DNA from: the human T2T-CHM13v2.0 reference genome, Homo sapiens
Length of the DNA stretch: 64,000 bases
NCBI RefSeq assembly: GCF_009914755.1
Contig: NC_060937.1
Strand: one strand, 5' to 3'
In this document: one piece after another, positions 31,559 through 46,036 of the stretch
Numbering within the stretch: position 1 is the first letter of the stretch
Layout: each line of letters begins with the position of its first letter
Translations under genes and position numbers: made by a program
The notes under the pieces: model-generated
The model's database searches: none
What the model was told of the DNA's origin: nothing
What the model saw: only the letters and a program-made list of their open reading frames with translations

Positions 31559-31716
31559 AACACGCCACACACCAAAACATATAACTATTTTTCTTGAAAT
31601 ATCAAAATACCACAAAAGCATTATGATTTTGTTTTCCTAAAATGTTTTAGTGTAAATGACAGTTAGATCTGTAGTCTGATTGCCTTAAAAAGTTGTTTCA
31701 TCTCTCTGAACTTGAA

Positions 31717-32009
31717 TTATTATTATTTTTTTTTTGAGATGGAGTCTCGCTCTGTAGCCCAGGCTGGAATGCAGTAGCACGATCTCGGCTCACTGCCAGC
31801 TCCACTTCCCAGGTTCACGCCATCCTCCTGCCTCAGCCTCCTGAGTAGCTGGGACTACAGGCGCCCACCACCACGCCCGGCTAATTTTTTGTATTTTTAG
31901 TAGAGACAGGATTTCACCATGTTAGTCAGGATGGTCTCGATCTCCTGACCCGGTGATCTAACCCCCTTGGCCTCCCAAAGTGCTGGGATTACAGGTGTAA
32001 GCCCGAACC
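31717..32009 (-). mobile_element. AluY-like element inserted in a MIR remnant
   Basis: TSD ctgaacttg at 31706-31714 and 32010-32018; the flanks rejoin as MIR-like tctctgaacttg...atctgtaaaatg. Confidence 0.88.
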
Positions 32010-32114
32010 CTGAACTTGTATTTTTTAATCTGTAAAATGACATGATAATATAATATGCTGATCAAAGTTTGTTTGCACTCAGATCAATTTCCTCAGCAGT
32101 TTTCTTTTATTTTT

Positions 32115-32560
32115 TCACTGTAACAGAAATCTGCATTTCCCATGCTTCCTTGTCATCTAGTCTTTGGGTAGATTCAGGCAAGGGAAGGCAAAAGCCAAAG
32201 ATTGAAGGGCAGGAAAAGGCAAGGAGAAGGGCCACTTCTGTTTTTGTTTGTTTGTTTTCTCTGCTTCTAATGACACCTACATCAGAGATCATATTTCTCC
32301 CTGGTCCCATTTCTCACCAGCAGTAATTCTACTGTGAAATGGCTCATTACTGGATCTCTGGAACTTTAGTTTCTCCCATTGACCTTACTATCATGAGGAA
32401 AGGATTAGTTCTCTGCTAGTGCTAATACTTTCATCACTATTCCTTGCTTTGTTTCTTAGTTATTTTCACCCTGATGTTACCTGCTCCACATAATAAAATC
32501 AGATTGTTTGTAAGTCCTAGACTAGTTTCTGCCTTGCTGGCTATATCCTCAATGAAGAGC
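32115..32560. mobile_element. Old ERVL LTR (LTR33-like) remnant
   Basis: ctgcatttcccatgcttccttg...gggaaggcaaaagccaaagattgaagggcagg motif; very diverged. Confidence 0.45.
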
Positions 32561-32754
32561 AAATATTTACCTCATGGGAGAAATAGACGTAATGGATTTA
32601 GGAGTTTAGCAGTTTACAGGGCACAAATTAAATCTCAATAAATATTTACTCTGAGTAAAAAAGTACAAAATAGAAGTACAATTCTTTTTTATTGTCATTG
32701 ATTTCAGAGCAAAATGAATCAACAGTTGGCAAATTAAGGATTAACTTATGCAAG

Positions 32755-33530
32755 ATTATTCAACAAATATTTATTATTCATTTGCTCTATGCCAGAAATG
32801 TGTCTTCATGCCAGGTTAAGAAAAAGAGAAAACAGAAAAAAAAAATAGCTGTCCCTGACTAAAAGAGCTTATGTTCTTTCTTTTTGGGAGAGAAAGGCAG
32901 TGAAAAATTAAAAAATGAAACGCAGTATTAACATGCGGATAAGTTCTAGGGTGAAATTTGAATGCAGATCCAGAGTGACTGTCTGCCTCTCAAAAGAATT
33001 CTGCTGAGATGTCCAGAAGTAAGTAGAGTAGCAAGCAAATATCTACAGCGCATGTCTCTTTTAAAGACAGAAAAACAAAGTGGTTTCTAAGGTGGGTGAA
33101 TCTTGGCATTTCCAAGAAATATCAGGAGGCTCTTAAGGATAGAATGACCAAAACAATGAGGGCTGTGATAAAATAAATTGGGGGAGGTATGGAGAAGGAT
33201 CCCATATTGTTGCTTTCACAAACAATGACAAGGTTTTGGGTTTTACTTTGAGAAGGGGAACAATTAGAAAGGTATGAGCAAGACAGTGAAATTATTTGAT
33301 TTATGTTTTATAATCATGCTGACTCCTGGCTGAAAAACAGCCTCTAGGAATGAAAGTGAGAGAAATAGGGTCATCACTTATGAAGCTATTCCAATGATCC
33401 AGTGCTTTGGCAGTTGCCTGGACATGTCTAGTAAGAGGTAAAAGTAATCTGATACATCTTAAAGGCAGGTGTTCATGGATTTGATATGGCAAATGAAAGA
33501 AAGAAGCCACTATGTGTTATATTCCTTGAG
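32755..33530 (-). mobile_element. L2 fragment
   Basis: ttcaacaaatatttatt...ctatgccag antisense L2 end followed by degenerate L2 body. Confidence 0.55.
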
Positions 33531-35570
33531 CCAAAATTGAGGTGTAAAATAAACATGCCCACATAAATGGTTGATTATGTTCTTAAATGAAGGAGAAAAC
33601 AGTTGCAGTGATGTTAAGTCATCAACCATTTAAAATGTTGCTTTTGAAAGAGATGAATCAAGGAAGGGATGGACATGAATTTTCCTTACCTAAAAAGCTA
33701 GTGAAAATTAAGAGTGACATGAACAGGATTAAAACTTTATTTTATAGTGGTACTGAGATGAAACATCACACTATCTGACTTCATAGCTTAAAAATATAAT
33801 CACCCCACCAACTTCTCACTCTTTTCAAGGATTTTGTGAGTAACCAGCTTTAATTTGGAAAACCTAGACTTCTACATACAGATTGTTATGTTTGTGAGTA
33901 TGATTATTTCTATCATTTTGTTTTACATTGTGCTTTATCATTCAATAATTAATATCTATCATTTTCCATTAACTAATTTATTTTATGACCATTTATTATT
34001 ATTATTACCCTATGGTAGTCAATAATTACTGATACATATTCCATTGTTTTTTGGGATTTGATATAGAATCAGAGAAGTTTGTTGCCAACTCCTTTTTAGT
34101 TGAATATATATTGTTTTTGTCTTATATTTAGTTTTTGTAAAACTTCAGATTTTCCATCTTGCCCCACTATTTATGGCTAAAAATCATATCCAAATATGAC
34201 AAGGTTTAGGAACACACGCAGTTACTGAACACATGTTAAAGTATAATAACACAGAATACATTTTTGAAAGTAAGTTTATTAAAATTAGCAATATATTTCT
34301 AGTTATATGCATAAGGATATACCAACATGGATTTTGCCTGCCCAATATTAATTTTCTCTTAATTTCTTTCTTACAGAACTTCAATTTGGTCATGAGTCTA
34401 AGCCCCAAATTATGTTTGCTGTCATGTACTCATGACAGCTCTTTTTCTTGATTTTTCTAGCCTTTATCCATTTGGAAATGTGAACCACCTTTTATAGGTG
34501 AGATACAATATAGCTGAACCCTTCTCTAAAGGTTTCTGTAAAAAAGCATAAATGTACAAGCCTATCATCCTGATTCTATTTAGTTTGCCTTGAATATGAA
34601 TGTGATAAATGAAGTTAGATCTCACATCTTGCAACATGAAGTGGGAGAAGGGTCAACATAGAAGAAATGTCAGAAGAAATGAACCAATAGAAAATTCCTC
34701 ATTTGCTAAATTTTGTTAAAAGAAAAAATAGATTTTAATATTAATCTGTTCTACACAGGCAAATGTTAACTGCAATGAAAATGTCTTTTAGATAATTCAG
34801 AACACTTTCCATCCTTGGTAAAAGTATTCATTTTACTGACTCACTATTATATATTTTGTTAAGTTAGAAACTCATATTCAATCAAAGGAAATAAAAGTTC
34901 CCCCTAATTTCTAGGAATATAAAAAATAGGTACACATAGCTTAGATAATATTTTCTATATTTGTCCAAGTAAATCAGTTTAGTAATTGTTTGAAATACTT
35001 CTAATTGATATGAGTCCAATTTTAGAAGGAATTTTAGTTGGAAATGTTATTCTCTTTATGAAGATGTAAATGGCTCTGTTTACTGGCCAATATTTACATA
35101 CACATACAGTCAATGAATGTTAATTTGCACACAGTGGCATATGTAATTCAAAGTTCATTTTATTAGTTAATTTAGATATGGTTCAATGAGAGTTCAAACT
35201 GAGGGCATAGAGTCATATAACATACTCTAGAAGAACAACTTCTCATGAAAACTAAAATAAATTGCTTTACCATGTTTGCCTTTGTATTTCACTTTTTCTG
35301 TTCTGAAGAATGAGCATGGTAAAATTTACATATATCTAACGCATATAATGGGCAATGTATGAATTATTTTACAAATTACTCATAACCAGAAGAGTTCTGT
35401 TGGATTTTACCATATGGCCAGATTCATCTTGCCTTTCAAACTTATGTAAGTAATTTTTCTGAATCTCTTTTTTTCCCATAACATACATGCTGCTGAGTCC
35501 ACTCCTCCAAACTAAGTAAACATAGGAATGCTCATGGCCAAATCATAAGTATAGAAAGTGACTTTTGAAC

Positions 35571-35994
35571 TGATGAAGACTTTCTTCTTGTCTACGCTTT
35601 AGTCAGGCTTCTAGGAGCACTCTTTTTGACTCTACTTTGTCCTTGGGCCCTGTCTTTACACTGCCTAGTCCAGCTGTTGCAAGAATGCTGCTAAGTCACT
35701 TTAGAGAGAATCTCCCACTCTTGATATCTGATCACTCTGGCTTGCCGTCAGCAAGAATCCTCTTACGTTAGCTAACAAGAAATCCCCTACCCTTGATGTC
35801 TCCTCTTAGTAATTTGTATTCATCGACAACCTTTCACTCTGCTCATTAGCTGCACTTCCCAGATATCTTTGCTGTGTTCAGAGTTGAACCTTATCTCTCT
35901 TCCTATTAGAATCATCTTGACACCTATCATTTTAATCTTAAATAAAGTGATCCTTAACCATTTTAACAAGTGTTGGAAATTTTTTTATTTAGCA
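35571..35994 (+). mobile_element. MER31-like ERV1 solo LTR
   Basis: TG...CA ends, perfect 4-bp TSD gaac/gaac, motifs ctttagtcaggct and gatatctgatcac, AATAAA at 35941. Confidence 0.85.
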
Positions 35995-36137
35995 GAACTA
36001 ACAAATTGTTCGCAAACTATTGAAATAGAACTATTCTATTATGGCCTGCAGATATTTTTCTCAATTATAATTCACTTTCATACTGTAAAAGTATCTTTGC
36101 TTTGTGTATATCTTTTTCATACAAAAACTTTTAATTT

Positions 36138-36440
36138 GGCAGGGAACAGTGGCTCATGCCTGTAATCCCAGAACTTTCGGAGACCCAGACGAGCGGATCA
36201 CCTAGGTCAGGAGTTGAGACCAGCCTGGCCAACATGGCAAAACCCCATCTCTACTAAAACTACAAAAATTATCCAGGCATGGTTGTGGGCACCTGTATTC
36301 TCAGGTACTTGGTAGACTGAGGCAGCAGAATCGCTTGAACCCAGGAAGCAGAGGTTGCAGTGAGCCAAGATCAGGCTGCTGCACTCTGGCCTGAGTGATA
36401 GAGTGAGTGAGACTCTGTCTCAAAAAACAAAAAACAAAAA
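36138..36440 (+). mobile_element. AluS element
   Basis: Full dimer with A-rich tail and a degenerate TSD (aaaaacttttaattt / aaaacctttcgattt). Confidence 0.9.
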
Positions 36441-39400
36441 AACCTTTCGATTTATTTTCCAGAGGTCTATTTTTAATTTAGTAACAAGATTTTAAAAAAT
36501 ATTTATAAAATTAAATAACAGTGGAATGTTAGAACTAGGCCCTATAAAATATAAAATTGTCAAAATTGGTTAGCATGATTGTAGCTTCAATCATGCTACA
36601 GATTGAATCAATCTGTAGTTAACTTCAATCAGAAGTTAATGTGGCAACTTCTGAAACCAAACATCATCATGCTTGGCATCAAGAGCTAAAGTAGTCATGA
36701 GTTAATGGAGAAGAACAACTAAGGAATTGGCTGCCAAAGTAAAGTTTATGCTAAATTTAAATGAAATGAAATAACAAAGTAGTTTGAAATGAACATTCCA
36801 TTGATTATTTTTAAAATTTTATTTATTAACAAAGTAGCTTATACTAACTGCCCACTGTCTATCCCAATAGTTACAGCAATAACATATAGTTAACATTTGT
36901 AATTAAATATTTCATTTCATACAAATAGTATTTTAAAATTCAGGTGTTGATTTTTAAGCCTTTGAATGTTTGGCTGTTTAAAATTTAAGTGCATATAAAA
37001 ATTGTAGAAAAGGGTCATTATTAATAAAATATTCAAAATATGGTAAATTATGCATGATGATTTACTATATGCAAATTGATAAGTGATGTGAATAGTACAT
37101 TTGAATAGAGAAAATATGTACATAAATGAATGGTATTTCAGAATCTAAGCAAATTGATGACTATATTATGTACTTGTCCCCAGTGTAAAAGAAATATTAA
37201 TTAGAAAACTTTTTTTTTCACTAAAGGGCTGAACATAAAGTGTGATGGCAAATTGGTGTGTTCTTGTATTTCTTGTCTTTAAGAATTCTTTTCAGTATAT
37301 TTTCACTTAATGTCTTAGCAATATTTTTCATCATACTTTTACACTTATAGCTGGACTATGCTTAGTGATAGAAAATAGTTATATAATGGGATTATACTTG
37401 GCCATATGAATTTGATGGTATGAGTTAATCTGTGTTTCATCTTACTTGTGTCTACTTGTAAGTCATTGATGCTAATGTTATTAGTAATTTTTATAGGGTA
37501 GAAATGTTTTCTATATGACATTTTTGAGAAAAGGAAGTCAATAAATCCCATTTGATATGCAACAGAAATAAAGATCTCTTATTTCAATTTTAAAATGCTT
37601 TATAACTTACATTGCTTTGTTTTATGCATTATTTGTTTTGATCAGATGCAAAATGAGTCAGTAATGTCATCTAACCACAAGTTTGATACATTTTTTAAAG
37701 AAAAATTTCCAAAATACTATAACTGAGCAATAGGCTAATACTTCATAAATTAAAATATTTAAATATTCAATCTTTCTGAGTGGATATTTGCTGCATATCT
37801 CATAACTTGGCCTAATTCTGTAATTGGGATGAGAACTACCCAATTTTATTGGTAACCTCTTTTCTGCTCTGCAACTTTGGAAATACTATGGAGGACTCCA
37901 AATTCATTTGAGACAAAAATATTAAAAATGTAACCCCCGATTAGGATTTCAGTTCCAAAGCTCTCCTTGGAGGGATATAGAGCTGGAGAAAATCACATTT
38001 ATTTTTTGTCTCCTTAATATTGATATATAAAATCAGGTTAAAATTAGTATCAAAATGGGAAGCCTGCATTGTAAACCGGCTGGAATAATACACTCTGCAA
38101 TATGAAGGAAAAAGGAAAAATTTAGTTGATTTATTTACCTAACTATAATTTTTTAAAGAATTTTAAGTTTCTAATAAATTTAACTATAAATTTTTAATTT
38201 TCTATCTTTCATTTAGTACCATCTATATAAACTTTTCCAGGCTACTTCTCTGAATCACCTGGCAAAATCTTATAATTTACCACCTAATTGAATAAAACAC
38301 ACACACACAAAATAATCTATTTTGAATAATAAACATTATTTGTAATTATATTGTTGAAATTGAGAGTAATCATCAGGTGTGGAAAAACAAGGAAATTTTA
38401 ACAATTTAAAATGTAATAATCTTTTTTGTATTATGTGTGCTTTATACTCAGAAGTGCATATGTTTTATAAAAGTATGTGAATTTATAAATGTGGTCAATA
38501 TTAATATTAAATTGTATCTTTTAATAGTATCTTCAATTATCTTTTTTTTGCTGCTGGATTCCATTTAGAAAAAAAAATGTTCTATATAGCAGTGTTGCTT
38601 TCTTTTTCTTTTCTTTTTGCTTTTCTTTCTTTTTTCTACTGATAAAGTATTTACTTGATCTTGGGGAAGAGGTATATAATCAAGTGACCACATTTTTCTT
38701 TGTTACATATTATTCAAAATTTATAATCAATCTTTCCAAATTGTAATCGGTCTGAAACCCATTTGCTTTACTCAAATTATTTAGTGACTGTAAAAGTTTC
38801 AGAAACATATGAAAGTTACAAATTAGATTTAAATGTGTCATGTTTAAAGCAGTTGTTTTAAAAGCTAAGTCATTATCCATTATTATGTAACTAGTATTCT
38901 AAATATCACATCTTTGCATTGTTTGACTTTTAAGGCATATGAAATGTTTTGGGTCAGAGAAATCATTTGCTTCACATGCCTAAGAGACAGACTCTATGGG
39001 TACTGAGTCATGCTAATAGTGGCAAAACCTGACAAACAATAAGCATCATTTTCAAATATTTTAAACATTTCACATAAAAATTTACTTTTAGCATACATTG
39101 CAGCCATCAAGGAAGCCTAAAGTAAGGAAAACCTCAGTGAAATATGATGAAGTTAATAAAAAGAAATAGCCATCATTTTATTTGTTTAAATTGCCACTAC
39201 CTCTCATATAATTATGTACAATATATAACATAGGATAATTAAGTCAAACTGTGTACCTACAGATATGGAGAGCCTTTTGTTTTAGGAAAAAGTAAAATGT
39301 AAATTAACTGGTAAAGATGAGCTTTTCAATCTATAAGGCATAGACACTTTTCCTTAGTGGATTTGAAAAGGTTGTTATAAATCTGAAAATAAGATAGTTT

Positions 39401-40463
39401 TTCTATAATAAATGGTAAAAAACACTTTCACATCTTAACCTTATCATAGTATCACAATGCTGGAATGTTTATACTAGGAAATAAGTAAGCTAATTCAATT
39501 ATAAATTTCAGTAGAGGAAAGGATGAAGGTTAAAAAACACTATCTATTCAAATCCTTAGTCATGAGGTTGAATTCATTGAATCAGAGTGTGAATATATAT
39601 CTATATTTGAGACAGAATGTGTATGTATGTGTGTGAGTGTGATTGTGTGTGTACAGTCATTAGATATTTGCCTCAGGGACAGTGGAGGAAAACATTTGCT
39701 GAGCTGCTTTCCTACCTTAAAGATTTAGAACTGCACTGTTTTCAAGATATACTTTTTATATCTCAAATAATTTAATATGTTATGTTTAGTTGTTGATATA
39801 ACAAGATATCTGAATACCCCATAATTGAAATTATACCTGGAAATAAATACTTGAAATACTTGCTTCAGTGACATTTGTGGAAGTATACATATTTAAGTTC
39901 AAATTATAGGTATATTGAACAAAATGATATTGGATTCTTCACTGGCTGCATACTTCTGAAACTTGTAAATAATTTGAAATTAGTTTCCAAGAACAGAAAG
40001 ACAAATATTAGATAGGAAATACCAAATTCTTAAGATTCATACATATAAAAGTGAAATAAAAATCAAACTTAATCTTATCATGAATTTTCAACTGTGGCTT
40101 AATTTTAGAACTTGTTATAAAAATAGAAATGCTATTAATTTAATTATATTTATTAAAATCTAAAAATAGGTGATTATAGCTAGGACATTGACAAGTGTAA
40201 CTATACATGAGTAAATATAACTGAGGATAGCAACACATGAAATATATCATAAAAATTGAATTATTCTATAAATAGTATTATGTCTGGATTACTTAGAACT
40301 TGATTCCACTTAGAATGTCCCTGCTTTTATTTATTTATTTATTTTTGTAAACAAAATGAGCAAGAGGTTATTACACTTCATTCACTGCGAAAAGGTAACA
40401 CTACATCAAAGATAACTCACATACTTGCAGAAATATGGAAGGTATTTCTTTCTTTTTTTTGTT

Positions 40464-40748
40464 AAGAAATAGGGTCTCACTATGTGGCCCAGGTTGTAGT
40501 GCAGTGACTATTCAAAGGGGTCATCCCACTACTGATAAGCAGAGGAGTTTTATTCTGCTCAATTTTTGAGTTGACCACTCCTTAGGAAACCTGGTGGTCC
40601 TCTGCTCCCTGGAAGCTAACATATTGATGCCAAACTTAGTGCAGACACTTCATCAGCATAGTGCATACAACCCAGAACTCCTGGGCTCAAGTGTTCCTCC
40701 CGCCTCAGCATCCTGAGTAGCTGGGACAACAGGTGTGTGTCACCTGGC
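40464..40748 (-). pseudogene. RN7SL1: Full-length 7SL (SRP RNA) processed pseudogene
   Basis: Contains the S domain that Alu lacks (atcccactactgat, ccttaggaaacctggtggtcc, catattgatgccaaacttagtgc); T-rich tail at 40448-40463; TSD tg(g/a)aaggtattt at 40436-40447 and 40749-40760. Symbol is the parent gene family. Confidence 0.93.
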
Positions 40749-40975
40749 TGAAAGGTATTTTTAAATACAAATGTTGTCCAGGAGTGACAGAAGCTGGAGA
40801 ATTGCACTACTTGATGGAGGCTTTGTACAAGCTTTGAACAATAATAACAACAAAATTGAAACGCCAAAAGTGTTGTTTAATTAGCAGTTAACCACCAATA
40901 AAAGGAAGCCAGCCATTTCACACAGAGGATTTTGGTAATTGATTGTGTGATTCAAGGAAATAATATTATTAGGTG

Positions 40976-43383
40976 TGTATTAGTCCATTATTGCATTGCT
41001 ATAAAGAAATACCTGAGATTGGGTAATTTATAAAGAAAAGAGGTCTAACTGACTCACAGTTCTGCATGCTGTACAGAAAGAATGTTGCATCTGCCGGGCA
41101 TCTGGGGAGGCCTCATGAAATGTATAACCATGGTGGGAAAATGAAGAGGGAGCTGGTGCTTCATATAGCTGGGAGCAGGAAGAAAAGTGAGAGGTGGGGA
41201 GGTGCTACACCCTTTTAACAACCAGATTTCATAATAACTCACTCACTCACTATCATAAGAATAGCACCAAGGAAATGGTATTAAACCATTAAAAAGAAAC
41301 CACTCCACAATCCAATAACCTCCCATCAGGCCCCACCTCCAACACTGGGTATTACAATTTGACATGAGATTTGGTTGGGGACATAGATCCAAACCATATT
41401 ATTTTGCCCTAGTCCCTCCCAAATTTTATGTCTTTCTCAGTTTGCAAAATATAATCATGCCTTCCCATCAGTCCCCCAAAGTCTTAACTCACTTCAGCAT
41501 TAACTCAAACATCCAAAGTCTAAAGTCTTATCTGAGATGAGGCAAGCCCCTTCTGCCTAAGACCCTGTAAAATTAAAATAAAAAAAAACTCCCAAGATAT
41601 AATGTATAATGGGGGTACAGGGATTGGGTAAATACTCCCATTTCAAAAGGGAGAAATTGGCCAAAAGTAAGGGGCTACGGGCCCCATGCAAGTCTGAAAC
41701 CCAGTAGGAAAGTTATTAAGTCTTAAAGCTTAACAATCTCCTTTGATGCCATCCAGGGCATACCACTGCAAGGATTGAGCTCCCAAAGCCTTGTGCTGCT
41801 CCACTCCTGTGACTTTGCAGGGTTCAGCTCCTACAGCTGCTCTCAAGGGCTGGTGTTGAGTGCTTGCACCAGTTCCAGGCACACGGTACAAGTGCTGGTG
41901 GATCTACCATTCTGGGGTCTGGAAGATAGTGTCCGTCTTCTCATAGCTCCCCTAGATAGTTGTCCAGTAGGGACACTGTGTGGTGGCTCCAACCCCACCT
42001 TTCCCCTCTTCAGTGCCCTCATAGAGATTCTCCATCAGGGCTCTGACCCTGCAGCAGATTTCTGACTGTACATCTAGGTTTGTTCATACATTCTCTGAAA
42101 TCTAGTCTCAACTCTTGTACTCTGTGCACCCTCAGGCTTAATGCCACATGGAAGCCATCAAGACTTATGGCTTGAACCCTCTGGAGCAGCATCCTGAGCT
42201 GTACCTGGGCCACTTGGAGCCATGGCTAGAGCTGCAACAGATGAGATGCATGTAGTAGTGTCCCATTCTTCCTTCGTTGTCCTCTGAGCCTGTGATGGGA
42301 GGAGCTGCCACAAAGGTCTCTGAAATGCCCTGGAGGGTATCCCTCATTTTCTTGGCTATCAGCATTTGCCTTCCTTTTAGTTAAGCAAGTTTCTGCAGCT
42401 TGCTTGAATTTCTTTCCTGAAAATGGGCTTTTTGTTCTACCACATGGCCAGGCTGCAAATTTTTCAAGTTTCTACACTCTGCTTCCCTTCTAAATATAAG
42501 TTTCAGTTTGAGGTCATTTCTTTGCTCACACACATCAAAATAGTTTGTTAGAAGTAGTGAGATTACCTCCTGAATGCTTTGCTGCTTAGAAATTTTTTCC
42601 ACCAGATACCCACCAGAACTTGAGATATTCTCAAGTTCAAAATTCCACAGATCCCTAGGGCAGGCGCACAGTGCAGCCAACCTTTTTGCTAATGCCTAAC
42701 TAAAGTGACCTTTGCTCCAGTTCCCATTAAGTTCCTTATCTCCATCTGAGACCTCCTCAGCCTGGACTTCATTGTGTGTCTCTATCAGTAGCTTGGTCAC
42801 AACAATGTAACAAGACTCTAGTAAGTTCAAAACTTGCCCTCATCTTCCTGTCTTCTTCTGATCTCTCCAAACCCTTCCAATCTCTGCCCACTATCCAGTT
42901 TCAAAGCCACTTTCACATTTTCCGGTATGTTTACAACAATATCATATTCCTCTACCAATTTTCTATATTAGTCCTTTCTTACATTGCTCTAAAGAAATAC
43001 CTGAGACTGGGTAATTTATAAAGAAAAGCAGTTTAATTGGCTCATGGTTCTGCACGTTATACAGAAAGCATGATGCATCTGCTGGGCTTCTGCAGGGGCC
43101 TCAGTAAGCTAACAATCATGGCAGAAGGTGAAGGGGGAGCCAGCACTTCACATGGCTGGAAGCAGGAAGAAGAGTGAGAGGTGGGGAGGTGCTATACACT
43201 TTTAACAACCAGACTCACAATAACTCACTCACTGTCACAAGAACAGCACCAAGGAGATGGTGCTAAACCATTTAAGAGAAACTGCCCGATGATCCAATTG
43301 CCTCCCAACAGACCCCACCTCCAACAGTGGGACTTACAGTTTGACATGAGATTTGGGTGGGGACACAGATCCAAATGATATCA
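40976..43383 (-). mobile_element. Complete MSTA/MSTB-like MaLR (LTR-internal-LTR)
   Basis: LTRs at 40976-41401 and 42964-43383; 5-bp flanks aggtg/atgtg (TSD with one mismatch). Confidence 0.9.
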
Positions 43384-45481
43384 ATGTGTTAAAAGGAAAA
43401 GGAGATAGCAGTGGGAAATGGATATTTAACTTCAGTTTATGAGTTTTTATTTTAGAGTTCTAAAATTATGTCTTATACTGCCTATACAAGTGCTAGAATA
43501 GTTTCTGTATTAAGTGGTAGATATTAATATCCAAATATCATACTTACCTTCTTTGACCTTGCAGTTTAGAGGGCATTTTAATAAAGTAAACAAACACATT
43601 GATTTTTTTTAAAGGAGACATTTTTCAGTAAAGGATGTAACTATGTTAACATGAGAGATATAGAAAAATTACAGATGGACAGACAATCCTACATAGAAAC
43701 CTAAGGAAGCATTTTACTCAGACACAGAGATTGAGAAGAGTAAAGTGGGTGAAATCTGGGAAAGAGTGCTTCCAGTAGAAGAAACAGAATATTGAAGGAA
43801 CAGAGATTGATGTCAAGAGTTCAGGGAAACAAACCAGAATAAGAATGTTTAGACAAAAGGCTGATGGTAGAAGGATATTGAGACTGAAAGTTATAGAGAG
43901 CACAGGCTTACTCGAAAATTAGCAGACAAAAGAACATCTGTAAGTTCAATCATGAAGGAGTGCCAGAATTAAAGAGAAAATAAGGAAATAATAAAGGGAA
44001 TCTTTTGATGTGAGGAACCAATTGGGCTACCAACTCAGGCTGCCAGCCTGCCATTCCAGTGACAGTAGGAAATAAATGTTCTGTAAGTTATTTGGAAATT
44101 AGAGGACAAAGTAATTGTTTGTTCTATAGGTAGAGAAACATTTTTGTAAATGATAATACAGCTGTTCTACCGATTTCTCTTAATTTTCAAAATTTTTGAA
44201 GGGGTACACTATATTTTCATGATTTCTTCATTCTGATTTCCAACTCATATTTGTTCATCATTTTCTCTTTACTTTTTAAAAAGTTGAAAGACATTCATAT
44301 CACAAAATTTTCACAGGATAATTTTTCTAGTTGCAACTGTAGATTTATGTGGATATATACAAATCTCTCTAGTGACACATCTAAAGATTAATGTTATGTT
44401 CTATTACATAGGGAGCAAATATACCACATGAAACATTGCAACTATGAATCTAACTAGACTGTATGGGAAACACATATTGAAAAATAAATTAAAATTATAA
44501 GTTCTATGAGAAAACACAAACATTTGAGTAAAAAAATGAGAAAGGTTTAGTGGTGCCTTCTTCCCATGTTAGAAAAAAGGATTCATAATGAACAACTTTT
44601 TTTTCATGTATTTCCTACAATTGAGTAAAATAATAGGACTAGGTAAGTTTACTGGTTTGCATTTTTTCATCTGGGTCTGGTTTTTCATTTCAATTGTTAG
44701 CCATTGTATTAACTACTTTCACCATTCAAAGGAATGAATGATCTGCCATAGTATTTTCTGCAGTTCCATCTCTTGTTTTCAGTATCATTCCAATTCTGCA
44801 TCTATCTAATTTTGATCTCTGTTCTATTTATTTTCCTGATTCATAACATTTTGCTTTGTGCTGAGCTCCTAATTGTCTCTCTGTCATTCTCAAAATTTTA
44901 GCCCTATGGTCTAAAAGATGCCCAAAAGAATGTAGCATATTCTAGTATATCAGTGGGACAACATAAACAACTTGCTTAATTGTTAATCTATTTAAAAATG
45001 AAACAGTGTTTTTCATTTTTTCAATCAATTTAACGCTGACTAGATCCTATAACTACATTCTACTTTTTATAACTAAAGAACTCCAGAAAAATAAATGTAA
45101 TAGCTTTGCTGGAAAAGATTAACTTTACAATGCCTTCCTAATGACCTTACTTTTTTTTTTTTTTTGAAAAGTGTTTTCTGGTATACAAAAATAATATTCT
45201 GAAATATCTCTCTGATATTTGATTGCCAGATTTAACCTACATACCTCTGAACCTTGGTTTTTCAGACATGCAAACTGCTTAACAAGTTCCAGTGCATTAA
45301 TCAATGCACCATTGCATAACTTAGAGTAAGAAAAGTTGGTAGATATTTCAGCAATGCCATAAAATATGCTTCCATTTAACACTTTGAGACAACCAATACA
45401 CTATTTATATTATTGAGACAAAACAAACCTAAGATCACAGAAAAATATTTATTTTACTAGAATGGTATTTAAGTAGATAGT

Positions 45482-45765
45482 TTTTTTGTTGTGTTTTTGT
45501 TTGTTTGTTTGTTTTTGAGATGGAGTCTCCCTCTGTCGCCCAGGTTGGAGTTCAGTGGCCCAGTCTTGGCTCACTGTAACCTCCCCTTCCCAAGTTCAAG
45601 CAGTTCTCCCTGCCTCAGCCTCCTGAGTAGCTGAAATTACAGGCATGCACCACCATGCCTGTTTAATTTTTGTGTTTTTAGTAAAGATGGGATGTCATTA
45701 TGTTGGCCAGGCTCGTCTTGAACTCCTGACCTCAGGTGATCTGCCCACCTTGGCCTCCCAAAATG
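45482..45765 (-). mobile_element. 5'-truncated AluS element
   Basis: Perfect 12-bp TSD taagtagatagt (45470-45481 and 45766-45777), so the truncation arose at insertion; (TTTG)n tail. Confidence 0.92.
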
Positions 45766-46036
45766 TAAGTAGATAGTCTAAATGATTATGGGTTTCAATA
45801 GGTTTTATTAATTTGTTTTAGTTAACATACAAGAGCACTACAAAACCACATTATTTTATTTTAATTTTTATCAATAAACTTCATTATATTAAAGGCCATA
45901 TTGCCCACTGAATATGATTTTGATAAGCACAACTTCTATAATTTACAACTTACTGTATATGGTCTAATATAAATTGCATTTAGCTATCCTGAATAAAAGA
46001 TACGAATCCCCAAAAACTTAATATATAAAATAATTT

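Noticed and set aside
40464-40748. Alu/FLAM monomer or active 7SL gene
   Set aside because: The S domain excludes Alu; the tail, TSD, small deletions and CpG decay exclude an active gene.
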